From positions 20,350,803 to 20,414,802 of the forward strand of contig OZ316895.1 in assembly GCA_973895155.1 (NCBI GenBank): a stretch of DNA of 64,000 nucleotides. The letters are read 5' to 3'. The stretch's first letter is position 1. Each line of letters starts with the position of its first letter. Positions 11,965 through 23,641 of the stretch are shown here, piece after piece. The position numbers and the translations under genes are program-made. This DNA is from Marsupella aquatica (Eukaryota; Plantae; Marchantiophyta). The notes below the pieces were generated by a model, which saw nothing but the letters and a program-made list of their open reading frames with translations, was not told where the DNA came from and did not search any database.

Positions 11965-12984
11965 CAAGGCCTTCCCGACGTCAAAAAACAAGTCCTAAAG
12001 AGTTGGAAAGTGCTCAACAATACCTTGACATTATATGCTCCTTTTGGGTGAAACCCTTATGAAGTAGACCCACGCATGCACGTTGGCTTGGATCTCCATG
12101 TTGGGGATGTTCAAATTTTGGATTCTTTTGTTGAGCCAAGAGCTTACACCCTTGCGGTCGCGGATATTCCCTATGGTTTTAATGCTCTTGGTTTGGAGTT
12201 TGATGAAATGTCCTTCACAGAAAAGGATGTTTTAGATATGGTGACAAGTTTTTCAAAGATGACGACCGCTAAGCAGTGGAGGTTTGTTGTGATCCATTCA
12301 CTACAACAAACTAATATGATGATGTCTGCACTTGAGAGTGTATGCAACTGTGGGGTCGAGGCTGGAATCTGGGAGAAGACTAACATTCATGAGCGTCCCG
12401 CTGGCGCTCGATTGGCATGGGGTTTTGAGAACTGGTTGATGAGTTTCTATAGCGAGGAAGGCATTCGGAACATGAACATGTACAATTTCCAACCGGATGA
12501 GTCTCCCATCAATATCATCAAGGTTCCATGTGTAACCAAGAAGTCCATTGATCTGTTGGGATGTGTTGTGAACCCGTATCAGAAGCCTGTTGGTTTGGAG
12601 GCTTGGTTTATTTCCCATTTCTCTGAGAAAGAGGATTGGGTTATAGATCTTTGCTGTGTAACCGGATTGATGTTAGCTGCTACGCTCCTCAATTCTTGTC
12701 AGGGTTGTGCTGTCGATAAGAGTTCTGCGCAGATTGATTTTGTGAAATCTCGGATCATGACTCTGGAGTCAAACTGGAATTTATTTGAGGAATCCTAGAT
12801 TGAAGGGCACGGCGTTGAAGGTCATGAGATTCAACCACCAATTGCAGGCCAGTTGGGTGTTCTTGGGACATCAACTTACACAATTGAAGTCATGAAGGAG
12901 ACCAAAGAGGAACAAGAAGCAACTAAGGAAGAGCCTCCCATAACATCAAATGAGGATGATCTCAATGACATGTTATTAGATTAG
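11965..12984 (+). pseudogene. Beta-class N6-adenine/N4-cytosine DNA methyltransferase (N6_N4_Mtase-like), degenerate
   Basis: Motif order is LHVGDVQIL, ADIPYG (motif IV, DPPY-like, at 12163), GIWEK, NPYQKPVGL, FSEKEDWVIDLCCVTG (motif X/I, degenerate DPFxGSG), then AVDKS. The core ORF is 12076-12798. The same frame continues coding-like from 11965 (TGA at 12049) and past TAG 12796 into an acidic tail ending at 12984. Confidence 0.8.
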
Positions 12985-13248
12985 TTCCCAACGACTCACC
13001 ATCGTAGCCCATAAAAGACTGAAAATGACTCACCAAAGCTACCCACACAAAGACTAAAATAGATTGAAAATCCAGTCTATTAAACGACTTATAAACCAGT
13101 TCTATAAAGGACTCAGTTGATTATAGTAACAAAACATACGAATCGCAGTCCTATAAAGGACTGGAGTCCTTCCTAGTCGTTTCCAAGTCCTATACAGTAC
13201 TGAATAGTCATTTAATGGGGTCTAAATACCCCCCGGTTTCTACTAGTG
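11965..13248 (+). mobile_element. Right portion of a second CACTA element (element B) containing the DNA MTase ORF
   Basis: The terminus GGTTTCTACTAGTG (13235-13248) is the reverse complement of CACTAGTAGAAACC, a canonical CACTA TIR. It is preceded by subterminal repeats (cagt..tataaaggact, agtc/gact) at ~13070-13200. Confidence 0.75.
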
Positions 13249-13310
13249 TGTGCTAGTTAGAATTTCTTGGCATCACAGTCATATTGTTATCAATGAGGAA
13301 TGGAGTTGTC

Positions 13311-13461
13311 GATAAATTTATCGGATTCTGTATTCCATCAAGAAGAACCGTTGTAACCTTTGTTCATGCAATAAATTTATCGGACTTTGCATTCCATCAA
13401 GAAGCACCTTAACCTTTGTTCATGCGATAAATTTATCGGACTTTGCATTCCATCAAGAAGC
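13311..13461. repeat. Three tandem ~57-bp units, each with the palindrome GATAAATTTATC or a 1-nt variant
   Basis: (g/a)ataaatttatcgga.t.tg.attccatcaagaag repeats at ~13311, ~13370 and ~13426. Confidence 0.85.
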
Positions 13462-14592
13462 ACTTTGCATTCCACGCTCTAGTTATTCCACTTCCTCCGC
13501 TCTAGCTATTCCACTCCCTTGTTTGTCACGGTGTTCTAGTTGTCGAATGGAGTTGTCGGGCTCAAGGACGACCGTCTGGGCCTCCGGATGGACTTTGACT
13601 TCTGAGGGCTTGAGTGTGAGCTCCTCTTGGGCCCAAGACCAATGGAGTTGACGTCATGGGCAATGGACGCTTGGGGCGCAAGTTATGGCCCAATCCGGGT
13701 TGGGCCGATCGTGGGCCTCAAGCGGCGATGAGACCTGAGGGCCTAGGCATGAGCACTGGGTCGGCCCAATCACAACGAGCTAAGGCACTCCTCTTGCAAA
13801 TGCCTAACGAGAAAGTTATGGGCGTTGCTAGTTGGTGGCGCGTCCATTATGCGCGATAGGATCGAGGTTGGGGGCCAAATGTTTAGGGACCTGTGATGCC
13901 TAGCCAGGAATCACTAGGCCAGTTTAAATGGAAAAAGGAGTGTACCCTGGAAACACATTAGTATAGTAACAAAAACAAGGAAAATATAAACAATTAAGGG
14001 TGACTATGGAACCCAAGCCGAGGCTGGAAGTAAGGACGTCGGTGGAGGGAACATGATTAGGGTTAGGGCGCGCTAAGTGCCAGCGGCTATGGGTAACCAA
14101 TGGGAAGGAAGACCAGGCAGGAGGGGGGTAAGGACCGATCGCAAGGAATGGTGGCTCATTTTGCAAGCACGAACTAAGCAGACGACTACGTGAAGCCAAC
14201 TACTGTCACCTGCTTAGGCAAACAGTACTCTGGGCAAGAGCAAATATCAACTATCAACTCAAGAAGGGTATGAGCAATGTCAATCAAGCTGCTCATTTTT
14301 GGGGATGCCTGTTCGAACGGGAAACTGAGTACATTGGGACCTACAAGGACAAAGAATTGGAAAGAGCAGCTCAAGAATGGCAGGAGCTCGCTTGACTGTG
14401 GGAGCTGCAGAAGTTTGCCTTCTTAGGAGGAGAACTCATCAAGGTTGAATTCCTATGGACACCTACTAGTGACAAGCTAGACGAACTTCTGTTTTGCAAG
14501 AACAGAATCGTCGGCATTCGGGAAGCCATCAACCGCTGCAACGACATACACTGGGAGTTGAAGGGTAGCACGGAGGGGTGGACGAAGGCAAC

Positions 14593-17500
14593 CATGCTTG
14601 GAGAAACATCCACGGCAGCCGCTATGAAGAGGAAAGGGGCCAACAATGAAGAGGCCACCCCTGCAAAGAGAACGAGGTCGGTGGCACCAAGGAAGCTAGC
14701 CGAGCAGGGAAGCAGGAGGCAGGAAGAAGCCAAAGAAGAGGAGGTCAACCCCATCAATGTCGTTCCAACCAGAGATGACACCTGGAAAGGCTGGGCGGCG
14801 ACCCTCCCCGAGGAAGTGCAATTACACTTTGCACGTGAAGAGGATGCATGCTTTACGGCTATGCAGACTCAAAAGTACCCAGGGCTTCATGGCCGGATCC
14901 GGCTTGGAAGCCTTCGTGAAATTACCATGGCTGAAGCCAAAAATGCCGGATTCAGACTTATTAGAATTTGCGGGATCATGGGAGCCTGAGACCAATTCCA
15001 CAAGGGTGTATGGGAAGGATTTATATCTCACTCCCTGGGTGATTGCTGAAGCGTTTGGCTTGCCAATAGGCAATAAGACCAAAGTAGATACCAGAAGCCT
15101 GACAAGGAGTTCCGGTCGTTCCCAGGGCCATCAACAAAGAATGGCTTCTTTTGGAACACCTGCACCAACCCGCACATTGGAGAGATGATCAATTTCTTGA
15201 GGGTAACCATGCATTGTAACTTGCCGAGGCCAGAGATTGGCAAGGCCTAGGTCTACCTGGCAGAGAGGCCAGACCCAAGCCGGGATTACAACGGGTACCT
15301 CCTCACCCAACTGAAGAAGATCTTGAAGGAGGAATAGCAAGTGATCGGCACGGGAAGTGTGTCCCGGCTTGGCTATCACATGACGCTATTGTGCCAGTAT
15401 GCCCAGAGTCAAATCTTTGCCCCGGTACTTCCCTTGCAAGCAAGAGCATTAGAGGAGGTTCCGAAATAGAGGCCGGCAGCAGAGAAACCCAACCAGCCCG
15501 ACAGTCCTACAATCGAGCAGGTGTTTAGGCCAAGGACAAAAGACTTGCCAATGCAGCAACCAGGCATGCAAAATCTGCTGAAATTGCTGGAGAAGGAGAA
15601 GAGGATGGCAACGGCAATGGCACCGGTACAGAACAGTGCCCCAAAAGTCGACTTAAGCCAACTCATAAGGGAAAACCCCTTTATCAGAGCCAAGGAAAGA
15701 AGGAGGCCGGAACACGAGCCGGGGGTTTGAATGTATGTAGGAGCCTCAAATCCCAAAGCCGAGGGAGAGTAGCCTAAAGCTCCTCTTTGCGGTAAACAAA
15801 GGGAGAAGACAGCCTGGAAGCCGGAGGAGGAACTAGGACCTGTGAGTTATGATCGACAAGAGGCCGTGTTCACAGCAAGACAAGGAGTGCAGCAGGGGGA
15901 ATCGGTAGTCCAAGCCGGGGAGGAGGTGGTGGAGGACTATGGCAATAATGACTCCGGCTACAGGTCGGACCATCATGTCCCAAGAGTAAGGACCTGTGGC
16001 CATTTCATCCCCACGCTTCCAAGAGTAGTTCGAGGTTACCCCACCCAGCAAAGCAGTCCGGAGTCTCCCCCACCAGATGTCACTCCCCCGAGCTTTGACG
16101 GGATAAAACAGACGGCACAAGAGTTTCAGGATCGACTCAGGGAAGTAGAGGAGGCAGCCCTGGCTAGGGAGAAGGGCCAGAGGACATCCAACAGCTTGCA
16201 AAAAGACGGGGCAACCCTCCAGCCACGATAGAAGAAATAAGGAAGGCAGCTTGGGAATAAAGGCCGTGGTGGTTGATGCCGATGACTACTACTCACTCCA
16301 CCTATGCTAAAGAAAGAGCCATGGAGTACGGGGAGATGTGTGGGGAACTTGCGCTCAGCATATTTGGGGAGGAGTTGGAGCAGGGACCTTTTTCCAGAGA
16401 GAGATGTTGGAAAAACGCCGATTGGAAGAAGCGGTGGCTTTGGAGAGAAGAAAGAAGGACGAGGTCATCCAACGGCTTAGAATGAAGGAAGCCAAGGCAG
16501 AGGACCACAAGGCAGCCAAGAAAGCCCAAGATGAGCTGCGGATTAAGCGGCATGAGCTAAACATCATGCAAGGGCAATTGGATACCGCTCAGTTTGATAA
16601 TCAGATTATCAAAGATAAACTGACTCCTCGGGGGTCTCACTATATGGGGACCTCCCCATCGCCTGCGACGTTTTTAGGCCTCGGACCCCCTAAAATGTAA
16701 GAAAAAAATATTATTTTTTAACCCCTATAAAGTTGGAATATTCTTGGAATATTCTAAAAATTAGATTAAAAAGACCCTAATGTTCTTATAAGTCTCAAAA
16801 TTGAATTTAAAAGTCCCTATTGTTCTTCTACAAAAATTCTTAAGTCTTCCCTTAGAACCAATAAAATGACCCTATCCTTCGTCGCACGTGATATGCCATT
16901 TTTGTGGAAGTGAAACCCCCGAGACTGACTCGGACCCATGGGGAGTTGGCCAATGCGGTCAAGGAAAGGGAGAAGTGGAAGCGAGAGCTAAGGGACGCAG
17001 AGGAGGCCCACATAGCAACCAACAATCAGGCCATGGCGGAGACCCAGAGGAGGGAGAGGGCATAGAAGGGGGAGCTCAAGGATATCCATGGAGCCCTTGA
17101 GCAGAAGGAGGCTGAGTTAGGGAAATTCTATCAAGGGATTATTGTGCTGCAGCAGGAGCTTGCATCCCTGACGGCCAGCTTCAAGGCCAACCTGCGTGAG
17201 AAAGACGACCAACTCAATCAGACTTATGCCAAGATGAACAAGATGGAGTCTGAGGTCGTGACGGAGCTCGACAAGGAGCTGAGAGCAACCCAGGATGAGA
17301 GGACTACCTTAAAGAAGGGATTGGAGGAAGCTCAGAAGGAATTGGAGGAAGCCCAGAGGGAGTTAGAGGAGGCGCGAAAGGACCTGGACAAAACGCAAGA
17401 GGAGTTAGAAGAAAGCACAAGGAAGATGGAGAACTTACAACCAAACGGAGCGGCTGAAGAAACAAGCCGCAGTTCTTAAGTGCTTGGCTTCATCAGTTCC

Positions 17501-18009
17501 AACTCCAAGTGGGGCAACCAAGTTGCCAGGGGTAGTACTGGCCAAAGGACAAGCCGCAACACTCGCACCGGTGCCAGAAGTAAGTGGCAAGGGGAAGGGA
17601 CCAGCTGCCAAAACAAGGAAGAAGAAGAAGCGAAAACCTTCTAGGTCAGGGAGTAACACGGCTTCTCAAGCCGTCGTGACCACGGAGGAGAACCCGACAC
17701 CAAGTGACCTCAAGCAGGGTCACGGTAGAGGATCCAAGTGTCCTAGAAGACGGGGATAGCAAAGCCGAGGCCATGACAGTCAGTGATGAAGCCGGGGTAC
17801 TGGATCCACCACTAGAGCATGTTGGGGAGGCCATAGCCACATTGGAGGCCGTGGCCGATGGTGAGGCTGAAGCCGAGGGTGGACCCAGTCAGGCCGATGG
17901 AGAGTTGACTCGGTCTAGGGTAGGTAATCTGTCAGAAGGCAGACCTACGGCAGTGGCTGCGGAGGAAGCGTTGGGGGCGTCCATTGAGGATCAGCCACCG
18001 CTACCATGA
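14593..18009 (+). pseudogene. Decayed TE accessory ORF: plant-transposon-protein (PMD/Transposase_32-like) domain followed by long coiled coil
   Basis: Segments include LEAFVKLPW...TPWVIAEAFGLP...NGFFWNTC...MINFLR, then heptad-rich stretches (LEEAQKELEEAQRELEEARKDL). It is broken by stops, frameshifts and a MITE. Confidence 0.5.
16627..16923. mobile_element. hAT-type MITE, 297 bp
   Basis: TIR CTCGGGGGTCTCACT ... AGTGAAACCCCCGAG (14/15 match). Perfect 8-bp TSD ACTGACTC at 16619-16626 and 16924-16931. AT-rich interior. Confidence 0.92.
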
Positions 18010-20574
18010 CGGTGGTGGAGGGCCGCTCCTTTTAAGGAGGGCGGACATGGAGGGAGGAGGCGTGAGTGGGCAAGGCGGGCTCAAATCTCCAAGTTTAGAC
18101 TTAGGATCAGGACCAAGAGGCGGCCCTGACACTTAGATTAGTGGGATTGCGGATCCGCTAGTAAGAGCAACACTTGTGCTCCTGCCTCGCTGTACATAGG
18201 TAGATTACAGTTAGGATAGATTAGGCTTATGCTGCAAGGAATTAGGCGGATCCACTGCAAGAATAAGTACCTGAGCAGCGGGGAGTTCAGGGCCTTCTTC
18301 CTTAGCAAGTTTTTAGTGCACCAGCAGGGCTGGGATCAAGTAGTAAAAGAAGCTCTCGGGTTAGTTATACTATGACACTTGTGTATGTTCATGTTTTCTC
18401 ATGCCTAAGAGATGAATAGAGTTGGTCTCATGGCTTAGTTCGCAGATATTGTGTATGAGAAATACTGTTTGTATGGCAAATGCATGGTATAACTCAGTCA
18501 AAAGGAGTCATTTTGCTATTTGTATGTCGCATTAACTTGCTTGAAGATTGCCCACATCAACCAAGAGAAGGGAGTAAGCAAGGTAGTAAGAGTTGGATGT
18601 GTCGAGTTGAAAGAGTCTTAGCAGCTTACCCAAGCCAATTGGGGATCATTCCCGCGGCGGAATCCAAACATACCTAAAGGAAGACCACGAGAGGAAGAGA
18701 AGGGAAGGCATGGAATAGGCCGGCTACGTATCTCATGACCCGATGAAGGATCTGTCCAGTATATGTGTGTAAAATGTTAGTAGTGGAGTTAGCAGCGTCC
18801 CATGCCGCTAAGCCGCAGAACCGGCCTCGCCGAGAGCGAAACCTGCGGGAATCGACTTGTACAGGGGGGTTTCTTGGGTTTAGGGAGCCATGGGACGCAC
18901 CACAGGACCAAAGTTGGTCCGGGGGTGGAAGGTCTCCAAAAGCATATATGAGGGGAGTGGTGTCTCCCTGGGGGCTAAGGGCAAGCCGAAGTCGTGAGCC
19001 GTGGCGGTCGTAACACTAAGGGCCGGAAAACCGCCATACGGAAATGGCGATATCTTCCCAAAGGGAAGTCCGTTGGAGGACTTCTTGGGTGCGTTGGAAA
19101 TATCTTGAGGAAGACTATGCCCTCTTGAGCTCAACTGGGTCTGGGAACACCATGGGTTCTCGGGGTTTGCGGGTGTTAACTTGCCCGCTTGCCAAATCCT
19201 CCCGAACAGCAGCCAAGCCGCGTTCAGTCTCCCAAGGGAGCTTGCATTGGGGAGGCAAGGCCAAGTAGGTGTGGAGGTTGAGTCCCAAGGGTGTTTGGCT
19301 CCTAGACCATAAGTGGGGCAAACCTAGAGTTGGTTGCTAGAGTCAGGACCATTCTGATCCTGGCGTGTTGGGACAAGCTTTAGGACAAGCTACGCTATTT
19401 GGGCCATGAGCATGTCCTGGGGTCAGGGCAGTCAATTGGTGATGGATAGGTATGAGGGGGAACCCGGGCCGCGCCCAAGGAAGGAGTTGTTCTAGACAAA
19501 CAATGGGCGTGGGTTTTGGTTCCGGCTTATGGCATTGGGAGGACCTATCGCTGACCTATTTACCAACGTCTGTTGAGCTTGAGTTAGGACGCTAGACTTG
19601 GCGAGTTCTAGATCCTGAAGGGTTACTTATCGAGGTGCTTGGTTGCTTGTGCAGACAATGAGGACCGTTGAGTAGCGGTGGTGTAGGTGAGCAAGTGCGG
19701 CTTCGTATGGGAGGGGCCGCTAGTGGTGCAAGTTAGGGGCACTAGGGTGCTTGCTTGAGGTATTACGTGGAGGTGTTTGGGCACCAAGTGCACTAAGGCA
19801 TGAGTACTGGGATTGGTGAGGGCGCTGGGTGGCTAGGTCCACCACTCCAGGCAATGCAAAGACCAATCGCCGTATTGGTCTTTGTATTTCTGCCTCCTGA
19901 TCCTCACCCGGAGACTGAAAGATCCATCGTTGAACGTGTGTTGAATGTGACAACTTGAATACTGAGTGCAATACCCGTATCGGTCGCTGGATACCCTCTC
20001 CATAATCTGGGATGGATGGCCTGAAGCGACGTCTTGGACCTAAACCTAGGATTGAAAATTTCTCATTTCTTGGCGATGGAACGCTCAAGAGATGACGGTT
20101 CTCAGGTTTACTAGGAGACACATAGTAAGAACTGGGCTCAGGACCAGAACTTGCATCAAAATCTGAATCAGCGTCAGAGATTTTGGGCACTATCTGCTGT
20201 GAGAGAGGTAGAGCTTTAAGTATGCGAGGCGACAACATTAGGAGAGGATTCAACTGAACTTGAAGGTGAATCTATGTCTAATTGAGACATGGCTATCCGA
20301 GACACTATGGGCTTTGCATTCCTCCCTCAATCAGGGAAAACGAATGGCTCAACGGACAAAATGTTGCTCCAAGAACACAACTCCCAAAAATCTACTCTAG
20401 ATAATGACGCTAAAAACTTATCGGCGGTGGCCCTTTTATAGTGTATGTTCACAGGTTGGCCCACATGGCCACTTTTGATTGGCCGTCTTGCTAAACGACA
20501 AAATAGCAGAGAAGGGTATATTTCTTGGATTTCCAATTTGATTCTTGCACGTGCATCGTGGCAAAATTATATAG

Positions 20575-20735
20575 TTTTGAAATTTAAGCAATAAATTTAT
20601 CTGATGTTGATATTGCAAAAAGTGTTTCCTTCATATGGAAGTTGCAATATTGAAAATTTAAGCGATAAATTTATATGATGTTGGTATTGCAAAAAGTGTT
20701 TTCTTCATATGGATAGTTGCAATTTTGAAATTTAA
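20575..20735. repeat. Tandem ~75-bp units containing ATAAATTTAT
   Basis: ttgaaa(a)tttaagc.ataaatttat.tgatgttg.tattgcaaaaagtgttt..ttcatatgga..gttgcaa occurs twice, plus a partial third copy. Confidence 0.85.
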
Positions 20736-21359
20736 CCGATGAACCGAAGGATCTTAGTATTGTTGACAAGTATTTTTTCCGTCCAAAGTTTTCATGATAA
20801 TTTTATCGAATTGTGCATTGTTGTTGAGACAATGGCATGTTGACTATGGTCAATTGCAGAGGTAGCTATTAATGGTCAATTGCGGAGGTAACTGCAAGGT
20901 AAGTTTGACAGACCGTGCGGTAATTTCTTATCGACTGTGATGTAAAATAGTTACAATAAATAACCAAAAACTGAGAAAATTGACATTGGGTCGGAACTTT
21001 CATGGTTGAAATCCGGAGTCCGATACAATGATCAGACTTTGCTTGAAAAGTGGATATGGATTTCTAGGTAAGACCTTTCATATATCTTTGGAGAGCGTGA
21101 ATATGAGGTTTAGGCGAACGTTTTTTGGATCTAATTTTTCCTTGATAAATTGAATGTTTGTGACCATATTTCAGTGGTTTGGAACATTCTTGAATTTCTT
21201 GATTCAATTCGAACTCTGATACGAATTACATTATTATTACGAATTCCCAAAAACCTGTTTTTAATAAAAAACCACCGATTCTGCAAGATTTGGCGGAAAA
21301 CAAAAACACACTTTTTGTTTGCAAAAATAGTTCTCGTTTGGTCAGAAATTGTGTTACTT

Positions 21360-23430
21360 TTGCAAAGTAGACCTCCAACTCATGCATCCACCGTCAAGTG
21401 TGAACACATAACCTCGCACATAACCTGTAGTTGACCTCCTCCGATCCAGATCCTGTGCATAGTCAGCATCTACATAGCCCATCAATGATCTAGCATTATC
21501 AGCATGTGCATCAAACAATAGACCATGATCCACATACGGTACCCTTCAAATACCAAATAATCCACTTCACTACTTCCCAGTGTATCTTCCCTGGATTTGA
21601 CATGTACTTGCTCACCTTGCCCATAGCCATGGCAAGATTAGGTCTAGTGCAAGTCATCAAATACGTGAGACTCCCCACTACCTTGTCATATTAAGGAACC
21701 TTTGACATCAGCCCCCTCTCTGTCTCATCCGTAGGACAGAAAGTTGATGACAACTTGAAGTGTGGAGCCAACGGGGTACTTACTTGCTTGCTATCCCCCA
21801 TGTTGAACCTTGCAATTACCTTCCTTGCTTAACTGCTCTACGTCAACCATAGCTTGCCAGCCTCCAAGTCCCTAGTGATCTCCTACCCAAAATTCTCTTA
21901 GCTGGCCCTAAGTCCTTCATCTTAAACTCTGTATTTAGTAGTGTCTTGAGCTTAACAATCTCAGACCTATCCTTGGTCGCAATAAGCATGTCATCCACAT
22001 AAAGTACTAAAACAATGAACCCAAAGACAACATTCTTCACTGGTTTAAGATACACACAAGGGTCAAACACACTCCTGTGGAAGCCTTGTGCACAAATCCA
22101 ATCATCAAACCACTTATTTCACTGTCTTGGTGACTGCTTCAACCCATACAAGAATTTCAGCAATCTACAAACCAAATCCTCTTACCCTCTCTTCACAAAA
22201 CCTAGCGGTTGTCTCATGAAGATCATGAAAACTGTGACAACATCCATATGATCTAGTAGCAGACCAAACATAACAACAAGCACACACAATAGTCGTATTG
22301 TTGAGTAATTAGCAATTGGTGAGAAGACCTTATTGTAATCCACACATTTTTCTTGTGTGAATCCTTGGCTACCAACCTAGCCTTGTAGACCTTTGATCCA
22401 TCTCCTGTGGACTGATCCTTCAGCTTGTATATCCACTTCCTGTCCCTCAGGCAGCTTGACAAGCTCCCAAGTTTTGTTGTCCTTCAATGATTGCATCTCC
22501 GTTTGCATTGCTGTAGTCCATTCCTGCTTCTCCTTAGAAGCATTTGCCTCATGAAATGAAGAAAGTTCTCCTTCTTCCAATATCAACGCATCACCCGAGT
22601 CATCATCAGTAACAAAATCCTCCTCTTGTAACTAAGATGAATCAACCCATTGTCCATACCTTGGTGGAGCACAGACAATGCGACCAGATGTTCTTCTAGC
22701 CGATGACTCTGGTTAATCTGCGTGTGCTAGTACAATCTAAAGCTCAACAATATTCACTTGCTGCTCACCAGCATCAACAAACTCCTCTGGTTCCTCTGGC
22801 AAAGGACCCAACTCCATAATTGGAGCAACTCCTTCTCTCCGGTCATGCACCTCATGACCAATCTCCCCCTCAACAAGATCCAGGATAAGAGATTTTCCTT
22901 TGTCAGTATGGGAGACCTGAATATTCTCCCTCTCCTTCAATAATTTGGATTTATTGAAGGAAACATCCCTATTGACAACAAGCTTACAGGCAATAAAATC
23001 CCATAGCCTATAGGCCTTCACATCACTCTGATACCCAAGAAAAACACATTTATTGGAGGTAGGATCCAACTTCGATGTGAGAGCATTGCATCACTTCCAA
23101 AAACTACTAAGCCATGATAGTTTGCTTGCTGCTTATAGCACATCTCAAACGATGTTTTGAAATTGATAACACTAGAAAGAGAAAGATTTACCAAATAAGT
23201 TGCGGTATTGATAGCTTCTGCCCAAAATTCTTGTGGTAAACCTGATTGGCTCAACATACTCCGTGACCGCTCCAATAGTGTCCGATTGAGCCTCTCAGCA
23301 ACACCATTCTGCTACGAAGTATAAACTGTGGTGAGATGACGAGTTATCCCCTGTTCTGAACAGTACTCTTCAAATTCCACTAAAGTGTACTCCCCGCCGT
23401 TGTGTGACCTTAGACTCTTCACCCTTGTAT
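21360..23430 (-). mobile_element. Ty1/Copia pol fragment (integrase, RT, RNase H start), pseudogenised
   Basis: Minus strand reads NGGEY...QNGVAERLNRTLLERSRSML..FWAEAINTATYLVN (INT), KCVFLGY..KAYRLWD, TWELVKLP, YKARLVAK, DPCVY..LYVDDML..MKDLG (RT) and GYVDADYAQDLDRRRSTTGY (RNase H). Domain order is INT-RT-RH, with many frameshifts. Confidence 0.95.
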
Positions 23431-23641
23431 CCAAACACTCAGGTCTCCATGGGAACACACATGAGCTTTACTGCACTCTAGGTTGACCGGCCATACCATT
23501 CGAGCATCCACAGTGCAAGCTCTTTCTATCTCTCAACTAGCTCCGTAATAATGAGTCGCCCTGAGTTCCCACTCTCCAAGTAAACACCGCTTGGTTATAG
23601 AGTGTGCACCCTAAGAAAATCCTCATGTTTTTTTTGTGTGT

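Larger units (their letters stand above)
13524..19850 (+). mobile_element. GC-rich retroelement-like repeat (probably LTR/Gypsy-lineage derived) carrying a long accessory ORF; boundaries approximate
   Basis: Abrupt compositional switch at TGTCACG (13524) and an LTR-end-like CGTAACA at 19009-19015. A second diverged copy lies inverted at ~23.6-24.9 kb. No RT, integrase or TSD is visible, so the class is inferred. Confidence 0.5.

Noticed and set aside
12076-12798. Bacterial contamination or a restriction-modification operon
   Set aside because: No cognate endonuclease or operon context. The ORF is embedded between plant CACTA sequences and is degenerate like the neighbouring TE ORFs.
13311-13461. 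Regularly spaced palindromic repeats resembling a CRISPR array
   Set aside because: The spacers are also repeated (simple tandem units), there are no cas genes, and the context is eukaryotic.
13524-19015. Single giant solo LTR (TGTCACG...CGTAACA)
   Set aside because: No 4-6-bp TSD (TTGTT vs CTAAG), and similar GC-rich sequence continues past 19015.
19044-19140. Chromodomain-like peptide WVRWKYLEED
   Set aside because: Too short, lacks the remaining chromodomain residues, and has no upstream integrase.
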